Shown here piece by piece: positions 25,444 to 32,000 of a stretch of DNA of 32,000 nt (within the stretch, counting starts at the first letter, position 1; each line of letters starts with the position of its first letter). This stretch comes from Candidatus Saccharimonadota bacterium (GTDB taxonomy: Bacteria > Patescibacteriota > Patescibacteriia > 2-12-FULL-60-25). Where the stretch lies: the NCBI GenBank assembly GCA_023898425.1, contig CP060222.1, positions 360,001-392,000 on the forward strand, in the 5' to 3' direction. The notes below the pieces were generated by a model. The model was not told where the DNA came from. It saw only the letters and a list, made by a program, of their open reading frames with translations, and did not search any database. Made by a program: the position numbers and the translations under genes.

Positions 25444-25644
25444 ATGTATAATCTTTCCTGTAAAGACGTGAGTGGTATTGAATGTCCTTTTGTCGCGAAG
25501 GGTAATTCTGAGCAAGAAGTCATGACTGACCTTACCGAACACGGTATGGCAAAGCACGCAGATGAAATTCAAAAGATGATGCTCGCTGGTATGACTAAGG
25601 AAGCGATGGAAGAAAAGATGCAGATGATGATTACGATGTCGTAA
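25444..25644 (+). CDS. DUF1059 family small protein (66 aa), paralogue b
   Basis: MYNLSCKDVSGIECPFVAKGNSEQEVMTDLTEHGMAKHADE...KMQMMITMS. Confidence 0.75.
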   Translation: MYNLSCKDVSGIECPFVAKGNSEQEVMTDLTEHGMAKHADEIQKMMLAGMTKEAMEEKMQMMITMS

Positions 25645-25648
25645 TCTA

Positions 25649-25677
25649 AACCCGGCTCCATAAGAGTCGGGTTTTTG
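25649..25677 (+). terminator. intrinsic terminator
   Basis: ACCCGGCTC-cataa-GAGTCGGGT followed by TTTTT. Confidence 0.65.
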
Positions 25678-25739
25678 ACGTTTAAAGAACTATCTACTAA
25701 TGTCTGATAGTCTCGCATTTTTGTAAACAAGGAGGACAA

Positions 25740-26417
25740 ATGTCTGAATCTCGCATCATTTTGGCACTCGATGGGCTCGACCTCGAAGCAAGCGCGCAGC
25801 TCATGAAGCAAGTAGGTTCACGTATCTACGCGGCCAAGATCCACAGTCTCCGCGATGAGTGTGGACGGGCAGCGGTCGCTGCTTTGAAGGACGCTGGCGC
25901 TACGCGCGTTTGGGTGGACTATAAGCTCCATGATATCCCAAATACCGTCGCGCTTCGGGTGAAGGCGATGGAGGAGGCTGATATCCTATCTGTTCATGCA
26001 AGTGGTGGGGTCGAGATGATTCGTGCTGCTGTTGATGCAGGAGTAGCCAAGATCTACGCGGTGACGGTGCTTACGTCACTTGATGCCAAAGCAGCGCATA
26101 TAGTATATGGACGTCCAACTGACGAAGCAGCTCTAAAGCTTGCTCGAATCGCACAGGCTGGTGGTGCGTACGGTATCGTGTGCTCGCCTGATGAAGTCGC
26201 ACTTTTGAGGCGCGATGGGTTTAGCAAGGTCGATATCATCGTACCGGGCATCAGGCCTGCTGGAGCTAATACGCATGATCAGAAGCGTTTCAATACGCCT
26301 TCTGGTGCGATGCGTCTCGGAGCAACGAGGCTGGTGATTGGACGTGCCATCACTGAGGCGCAAGATCCTATCGCTGCTCTCGATGCGATCGAAGAAGAAA
26401 TCAACAAACATCGTTGA
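25740..26417 (+). CDS. pyrF: orotidine 5'-phosphate decarboxylase
   Basis: AAGGAGG RBS. IILALDG...KIHS...DYKLHDIPNTV...VIGRAI are the conserved OMPDC motifs. The gene is markedly GC-rich (52% and 67% in two 60-nt samples I counted). Confidence 0.92.
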   Translation: MSESRIILALDGLDLEASAQLMKQVGSRIYAAKIHSLRDECGRAAVAALKDAGATRVWVDYKLHDIPNTVALRVKAMEEADILSVHASGGVEMIRAAVDAGVAKIYAVTVLTSLDAKAAHIVYGRPTDEAALKLARIAQAGGAYGIVCSPDEVALLRRDGFSKVDIIVPGIRPAGANTHDQKRFNTPSGAMRLGATRLVIGRAITEAQDPIAALDAIEEEINKHR

Positions 26418-26421
26418 TGTA

Positions 26422-26458
26422 CCCCCTGCTTTCATCCAAGGATGATCGCAGGGGTTTT
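26422..26458. terminator. terminator-like hairpin between convergent pyrF and SGNH genes
   Basis: CCCCTGC-19 nt-GCAGGGG followed by TTTT. The loop is large, so support is weaker. Confidence 0.4.
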
Positions 26459-27174
26459 ATAATTCTGGTGGATAGTTATTTCTGATTTGCTCGTACCAAA
26501 AGGCGTAACCATCATTGCTTGGATGAAAAGATCTTTTGCGTAGTATTTTTTCGGTTCTTGAGCAAACGGGTCCTCATCTTTTTTTCATGAAAGAGATCCA
26601 CGTAGTCGACATGAAATTGTTTCGTTACTTCTATTGAGATGTCTCGGATCTCTCGTGTACGTTTTTCAAAATACCAACGAGAGAGATAGGGGAGAAGCGG
26701 CGCTGTACCCACATTGCCACAAGTTACTAAGATGACATGTGATGACATGGTATTTGCTTTTTGCAAAACAGCAGTCAAATCTTTTTTGTATTCAGCTGGA
26801 TCTGTCCCATGAACAATGTCATTACCTCCAATATGGATTTGAATGAGGCGAAAGGATTCATCGTCTAGTTCTTCAAGAGCTTCTTTAAGTTCATGGATGC
26901 GCATGCCGTTAACTCCTTCATTAATGATTGCGGCATTTGGATACCGCTTACCAAGGAGGCCTGCAAGTGAGGTTTCTGGTGATGATGCGCCCGTGCCGTA
27001 TGCAGTGCTATCACCTATAATAAGAATACGCTCTGTTGTGAGATTGAGTTCTCGAGTAAACGGTTGGGTCTTTTGAGCCATGTTTTGACCAATACGAATC
27101 AAACCACTTGTTTTGAGATATTCGAGGGAGAAATAGATGATGAGAAGCGTAAGTATCGCGTAGAGAGCGTTCAT
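26457..27174 (-). pseudogene. SGNH/GDSL-family hydrolase with N-terminal TM anchor; single frameshift in a 7-nt homopolymer
   Basis: LIIGDSTAYG (block I), NEGVNG and HIGGNDI are present. The C-terminus continues as ...DEDPFAQEPKKYYAKDLFHPSNDGYAFWYEQI... (block V DxxH-like) in another frame after the T7 run at 26588-26594. Confidence 0.8.
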
Positions 27175-27280
27175 AGAAACATGGTATCAAAGAAGCTGTA
27201 GTGTCGAAATAGCGCATTTGCGCATTTCGTTCAATTCCGATACCGTTTTCTGGTCTAGGACCTTAGAAGGGATGTGAAAC

Positions 27281-27889
27281 GTGACAGCGCGAATCTTGCT
27301 CGCTCGGCATGCTCAAAGCAAGGACAACCTTGCTGGCATACTGGGTGGTCGTCGAGATTCAGTTCTCACGCCACTCGGTATTTTGCAAGCTCAAGAAGCG
27401 GCGCGGTATCTCCAGCAGAAAGGGATACGGCCAATCATGGTCTATTCGTCTACCGCGCTCCGTGCGCAGCAGACGTCAGAAATCATTACGAGTACGCTTA
27501 ATACATCTACAGCGATGCTTAAGCGCGATCTTCAAGAGCGTGATATGGGCATCCTTACGGGGATGACAAAGTCCGAGGCTCTAAAGGTTGATACCGGTGG
27601 TATCATCATCGCCGGCAAAAGAAGCTTTGCTCGGATGCCTAAAAACGGGGAGTCTTTCCCCGAATTACGCGCAAGAGCAAAACGCGTGCTGGGATCAATC
27701 ATCCAAACGCATGATACGGGCGTGATACTCGTTGTTACGCATTGTGTTACGGGTTTGATGATCTTTGCAGAATTCTATGGTCTAGATTGGGAGGATACTC
27801 TCAAACGATTCCATTTTGGTAATGCAAATCTCGTTTGGCTTGATAATAGCCTTCGTCCGCAGGATGCGGTCTGTTTTCAGCCTTCTTAG
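27281..27889 (+). CDS. histidine phosphatase family protein (GpmB/CobC-like)
   Basis: ILLARHAQSKDN...GGRRDSVLTPLG (RHG-type catalytic motif) and ...VVTHCV (C-terminal His). GTG start. Confidence 0.8.
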   Translation: MTARILLARHAQSKDNLAGILGGRRDSVLTPLGILQAQEAARYLQQKGIRPIMVYSSTALRAQQTSEIITSTLNTSTAMLKRDLQERDMGILTGMTKSEALKVDTGGIIIAGKRSFARMPKNGESFPELRARAKRVLGSIIQTHDTGVILVVTHCVTGLMIFAEFYGLDWEDTLKRFHFGNANLVWLDNSLRPQDAVCFQPS

Positions 27890-27892
27890 AGC

Positions 27893-27917
27893 GCCCCACT
27901 CTTCGTGGGGCTTTTTT
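27893..27917 (+). terminator. intrinsic terminator
   Basis: GCCCCAC-tcttc-GTGGGGC followed by T6. Confidence 0.75.
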
Positions 27918-27990
27918 ATTATAGTATTGACCTTTTGTATAAATAATGTAAGGTTTTATTGGCTCATTTAACGGTTGCAAAGGATTGGTA

Positions 27991-28791
27991 ATGGAAAACG
28001 TTTCGCAGCAAAAAAACAGCGTACATGGCTATGGATACGGTCTTACCCAAGACGCTGACCATATTCACATCCATCTTTCGTCTTGTCTTGCGGCAAAGAT
28101 TGCTCGCAAAGCAGTCGAAGTGGCATATCACCATCGGAGCGAAATCACGGAGAAACGTGATCAAAAAATTCTTGGTGATTTTACTCACTACAATGGTGAG
28201 AATGATTGGGGGTATGGTCAATGTTTCTCCGTACTGAATACCGGCGATCTCACGGAGACGTGGAGTATTACCATTCCGTCTATCAGAAGCGTGGATGATA
28301 CCTGCATGCTCATTGATGCATTGATGCACGCATACTACTCGATGAAAGCGGTATTTACTGCCTTTCAAGAGCAAGAAGAGTTCAAAAACTCGACTTCACA
28401 GCGAATTGTACTTGACTTGCCTACAGAGTATCCCAAGGCTTTTCTTCTGCAATCCAAGTTAAGCGTGGATGCAACGAAAATGCTTTCTTATCTAGAAAAA
28501 CGCGACGCATTGTTTGTTCACGAGGCATTGCGATCTGCTCAAGAAAAGATCATCCCGTATTACGTCGATCAAGACGTCCTAGGGCAAAGCATCCCCGCCG
28601 CGAGCTTCAAGCTCGATAAGAAAAAGCATGTCTTTTCGATGAAGGTGATGGGAGAGGAGTTCTCTTCAATCATACTTAAAGACAAGGGATCACTTTTTGA
28701 GCCATCGTCAACAGTCACGGCGATGCAATTGTTTATCTGTTTGGTTGGTCTGGCCGCTCTCGACGAGTGCCTGGCCGAAGTTATGCGCTAA
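27991..28791 (+). CDS. hypothetical protein (266 aa), no recognisable family
   Basis: AAGGA sits 6 nt before the ATG at 27991. The ORF is intact and a strong terminator follows. Confidence 0.55.
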   Translation: MENVSQQKNSVHGYGYGLTQDADHIHIHLSSCLAAKIARKAVEVAYHHRSEITEKRDQKILGDFTHYNGENDWGYGQCFSVLNTGDLTETWSITIPSIRSVDDTCMLIDALMHAYYSMKAVFTAFQEQEEFKNSTSQRIVLDLPTEYPKAFLLQSKLSVDATKMLSYLEKRDALFVHEALRSAQEKIIPYYVDQDVLGQSIPAASFKLDKKKHVFSMKVMGEEFSSIILKDKGSLFEPSSTVTAMQLFICLVGLAALDECLAEVMR

Positions 28792-28807
28792 ACAGTTTCA
28801 TGATCTG

Positions 28808-28841
28808 AAAAAAGCCCCGCTCACTGAGCTGGGGCTTTTTA
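28808..28841. terminator. bidirectional intrinsic terminator
   Basis: A-run, AGCCCCGCTCA-c-TGAGC(t)GGGGCT, then T5. Confidence 0.7.
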
Positions 28842-28852
28842 CTTTTTCGCAG

Positions 28853-30208
28853 TCAATCTAAATAGTAGGTCCCATAATATTTGATCGCATTTAGTGCATA
28901 GGCTTTTCTCTTTGGGTGAGCAAACACTTTTTTTTGTAGGTCGGCTAATGCATTATCGTTAAGTTGTATCTTTGGATACATTAATTTATAGAGTCTATTA
29001 AAAAACTTATGCAAGATCGTGTGTGTATCCTTGGCGCGTATTTCTTCGTAGATAACGTAATATTTGTTAGTATCCTCTATTTTTTTTAGTTGCGATATTA
29101 ATTTCTTTATAGCAAGCAACTCCTCTTTTGAAATTTTAAGACTTATATCAAAAAAATGGTTAGCTGTAATCATTTGTTGATTATTTGGTAGTTTTGCCAT
29201 TTTTATTAGCAGTCTTTTAGCAAAAACTGGAAAAAAAGGTGTGGCTGTGTCTCTAACGAGTGGTTTGCCGTTAGTTTCTTTGATATTATTAAATATTGGA
29301 CCGAATGAAGTGCCTGACCGGGTAGATTCCCTCAAGGAAGTAATCATTATCCACTTATCTCTCATACTGAGAATTTTCCCGTGATGTTTTTTTGCAAATT
29401 CAAGCAGCGATACACCGAACAGGTAGTCTTCGGTTCGATTCACTTGCTTAATACCGCCTACGCAAATAGATGCTATAGCACGTGAAATCATATGAGCGCC
29501 TGAAAATGTAGTTGGCTCAAACTTTAGTCTTGATACATCTGTTTCAAGTGCGCTTAATAAAAAGTTCCATCTAACGTATTTATGAAAAACGGAAAGATGA
29601 GCTTCAAAAAAGCCTCTATTCTTTTTCGTATTATTATCTAACGAAAGCACGAATCTGATACCACCGGCCGCGCCGTAAACTTTTGGGATATCAAAAGCTC
29701 TTTTAACTTTGGCGAGATACTGATCATCTTTTGGAAAGGTGTCGGCATCAGTATGTATAATAATCCCGTCTCTTTTTTGATCAAAATAACGTTTTGAAAT
29801 ACTCAAAAGACCGATATTTCTAGCTTCGCCGATATTGCCAAAAGTTAATTCTCGTCCTTTTGATGAACGATCGATTACATGAATATTTTTATGAGAAATA
29901 TTTGACAAGTACTTAATAACTAGTGAGTTCTGCTTTAGAGCGCTGCGGTCAGTTTTTTTAATCGGAGGATTATTAACTATAAAAACAAGTTCGTAGAGGT
30001 CTTTCTCTAAGGTTTGTGAGTTAAAGCTACGTATTTGTTTTTTAATGCGTGAAAGAGATTCGTTATATACAGCTACGAGGATGCTGATAATACAATCATC
30101 TTTGATGGCTGGGAGTGGCTCTATGCTTTTTCTCTGTTCAGCAAATATTTGCTCAGCTTTTCGGATATCGCTTTGAGTATAATCAGAAAAATGATGTTTA
30201 TGAGACAT
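28853..30208 (-). CDS. GT2-like glycosyltransferase (451 aa) with long non-canonical C-terminal region
   Basis: ISILVAVYNESLSRIKKQIRSFNSQT...LVFIVNN and HTDADTF (DxD-like). The ORF is intact despite several long homopolymers. The gene is very AT-rich (15 of 60 G+C in the one line I counted). Confidence 0.8.
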   Translation of the reverse strand: MSHKHHFSDYTQSDIRKAEQIFAEQRKSIEPLPAIKDDCIISILVAVYNESLSRIKKQIRSFNSQTLEKDLYELVFIVNNPPIKKTDRSALKQNSLVIKYLSNISHKNIHVIDRSSKGRELTFGNIGEARNIGLLSISKRYFDQKRDGIIIHTDADTFPKDDQYLAKVKRAFDIPKVYGAAGGIRFVLSLDNNTKKNRGFFEAHLSVFHKYVRWNFLLSALETDVSRLKFEPTTFSGAHMISRAIASICVGGIKQVNRTEDYLFGVSLLEFAKKHHGKILSMRDKWIMITSLRESTRSGTSFGPIFNNIKETNGKPLVRDTATPFFPVFAKRLLIKMAKLPNNQQMITANHFFDISLKISKEELLAIKKLISQLKKIEDTNKYYVIYEEIRAKDTHTILHKFFNRLYKLMYPKIQLNDNALADLQKKVFAHPKRKAYALNAIKYYGTYYLD

Positions 30209-30251
30209 ACTTGTATAGTTTACTACAGTGTGACTGCAAAGATAGAGTATA

Positions 30252-31309
30252 TTAACTTTGTTTCTTTTGCTCTACGTCTCTCTTATTCTTTTGAACAATA
30301 CGATGGTATACGTTGTTATATCCTTGAACCATTTTATTCACACTAAATAGTCTTTCAACACGGTTTCTACATGCTTTTCTATTAATTTTATCAATGTTGT
30401 TGATTGCATCAATCATTTCTTCAGTTGAAGATACAACGAAACCTGTTTCACCATGTTGTACAACCTCTGGTACGGATCCTCGGTTCCAGCCGATTACAGG
30501 AGTACCGCAAGACATTGCTTCAATCATAACGAGACCAAATACTTCGTCCCATTGAATTGGGAAAAGCAGGCCTTTCGCATTCTGAAATAATTCGATTTTT
30601 TCTTTCTAGATCAGCTTCGCCAACGTAGCTAATCATTGTACCATCAATATGCGGTTCGATATGTTCTTGCCAGTATCCTTCGTTAGCGTAGCTTTTCCCA
30701 GCGATTACGAGTTTAGAATTGGTTGCTTTGGCAGCCTCAATAGCCAGATGAATACCTTTTACTTCAGTAAGTCTACCAATGCACAAGAAATAGTCTTTAG
30801 GCGTATTACTAAACTTAAACACATTTGTATCAATGCCATGATAGATATTAGCAACCCAGTTTAGCTCTGGGAGTTGTTTTCTTTGAGCTAGCGAAAAGAA
30901 ATGTAGTTATTATCTTTATACTGACGAAGAAGCGGCTTTAATTCTTCTGTAATAGTGGTATGAACCGATGATACAGTAGGGGTAGTAACAAGGTTTGAAT
31001 GAAAAAAGAACTCAATAAAGAAAAATGAGAGTGAATTATATCAAATTCACTTGCTCTGCTGTAGCATTGTGAGATTAATGCGTGAGTGTGGTTTCTGATA
31101 GCAGTTTCGGGCAAGGATGATAGGGCTAGTGAGCGAGATGGGTAACCGTGTAGCAGAGTTTTTACTTTTGAATCCGCTGAGCCAAATACGGTAACGGTAT
31201 GCCCTTGTTTTGCGAGAGCGTCAGACAGTTCGCCTGTATGTGAATAAATAGCTTTAGTTGATCGAGGGTCAACTGGGTATAGGTTTGAGACGAGTTGGGC
31301 TATCTTCAT
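30252..31309 (-). pseudogene. GT4-family (glycos_transf_1) glycosyltransferase split into three ORF fragments
   Basis: The N-terminus is MKIAQLVSNLYPVDPRSTKAIYSHTGELSDALAKQGHTVTVF (GT4 N-domain). The middle is FLCIGRLTEVKGIHLAIEAAK...KLVIAG. The C-terminus ...FPIQWDEVFGLVMIEAMSCGTPVIGWNRGSVPEVV carries the E-x7-E region. The fragments join only through frame changes near 30590-30600 and 30822-30940. Confidence 0.8.
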
Positions 31310-31326
31310 AACTACAATTGGACAGG

Positions 31327-32000
31327 TTAAATTAATGATTTAAATAACTTGATATATTGTTTAAATATTTTTTCAGGGTCGTGCTCTTTCTCGAACAAAC
31401 TTATTAATTTTGCTGAAAGCGGTGTTCCGGCTAGTTTTTCAATCTTTTTTACTATGGTTTTGGGTTTGTTAAAATCGCCAATCCATTCAGCGTTGCCAGT
31501 TTTTCGGTAATGGTTTACCCATCCTACAGAGGATGAGATAATGGTTCCAATGCCTTGTGAAGCAGCTTCTAGGACAACGGTGGGAGATACGTCGAACAAA
31601 GAAGGCAATATGGCGATGTCCATTGTACTGAAGAATTTTAAAATCCCCTTACTATCAGTGGGTTTGTGCACCTCAATGAGCTCTCGGTATCTTTTTTTTT
31701 TTTCATCTTCTGAAGTTTGTTGGACTCGAGAATTGTTGTAATAACATGAAGTTTGATAGGCAGTTTTTGTGCGTCAATTTCCTCAGCTAGTGCTAACACG
31801 GCATTGTGATTCTTGATTCTGTCCCATCTTGCAACCAGACCTACGTTTATATTTTTGTGAGTATTTTTAGATCGTGGTTTCTTCTTTGATGCCTTGCTAA
31901 AGGGCGGGAAGTGGAATTATACAGCGCTTTGATTTTGATGTTCTCAGCACTGTTTTTTGAAAAACTTCTTCGCTGTAGCTATTTAAGAAGACTTGTTTTG
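31327..32000 (-). pseudogene. second GT4-family glycosyltransferase, 5' end outside window, several frame changes including one at an A12 tract
   Basis: The C-terminal ORF reads ...FFSTMDIAILPSLFDVSPTVVLEAASQGIGTIISS. The upstream frames read ...NINVGLVARWDRIKNHNAVLALAEEIDAQKLPIKLHVITTILESNKLQKMKKKK, then shift at 31692-31703. Further shifts occur near 31902-31904 and 31953-31958. Confidence 0.7.

Noticed and set aside
1-32000. Alternative genetic code (UGA or UAG reassignment) as the explanation for the broken genes
   Set aside because: At the junctions I resolved, the interruptions are frame changes rather than in-frame stops within a continuing frame. Long intact genes end on standard stops, and TAA, TAG and TGA all terminate well-supported ORFs.

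Overview
The window reads as a compact bacterial chromosome segment using the standard genetic code. GC is roughly 40-45% by eye, with clear GC-rich and AT-rich patches. It has about 40 genes and short intergenic spacers, many of them stem-loops flanked by A- and T-runs that look like bidirectional terminators. The gene content hints at an uncultivated small-genome (CPR/Patescibacteria-like) lineage, but that is weak inference. The hints are a lysine-rich sigma-70 N-terminus, a Gmad2/GerMN protein with a Cys-rich tail, and many DUF or orphan genes.

Housekeeping genes I recognise:
- a TagA/WecG-type glycosyltransferase (3' end only)
- gltX
- an EnvC-like M23 peptidase
- a Dus-family tRNA-dihydrouridine synthase
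- the uvrB-dnaG-rpoD block
- an ABC-F ATPase
- tRNA-Asn(GTT)
- recQ
- an RluA-family pseudouridine synthase
- an RlmI-like SAM methyltransferase
- pyrF

Between them lie DUF2200, DUF1801, YdeI, a P-loop kinase, a two-domain PhnB/VOC protein, two DUF1059 paralogues, an SGNH hydrolase, a histidine phosphatase, small membrane proteins and several orphans. The 3' end is an AT-rich glycosyltransferase cluster with one intact GT2 and two GT4 genes.

Main observations:
1. Many genes are broken only by +/-1 indels at short homopolymers, and the indels are strongly clustered. gltX has about 8, the M23 gene has 4 within 130 nt, and the GT genes have several each. uvrB, dnaG, rpoD and the ABC-F gene are clean. 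Patchy consensus error seems more likely than real decay, and I cannot separate the two from sequence alone.
2. There are two copies of a ~190-nt non-coding element (3061-3252 and 22322-22506). Each is bounded by a 12-13 nt inverted repeat and carries conserved hairpins. Degenerate solo hairpins occur elsewhere.
3. A second short intergenic repeat module lies at 10988, 19338 and 19448.
4. An orphan protein family has two clear paralogues beside recQ and a possible third at 11161-11643.
5. A DUF1059 plus unusual-GT2 arrangement is duplicated, and the two DUF1059 genes share a 29-nt identical 3' end.
6. A 30-nt direct repeat brackets a single gene just downstream of tRNA-Asn.
7. An A12 tract sits exactly at a frame break in a GT4 gene.

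I found no CRISPR array, integrase, transposase, rRNA or recognisable defence or toxin system.
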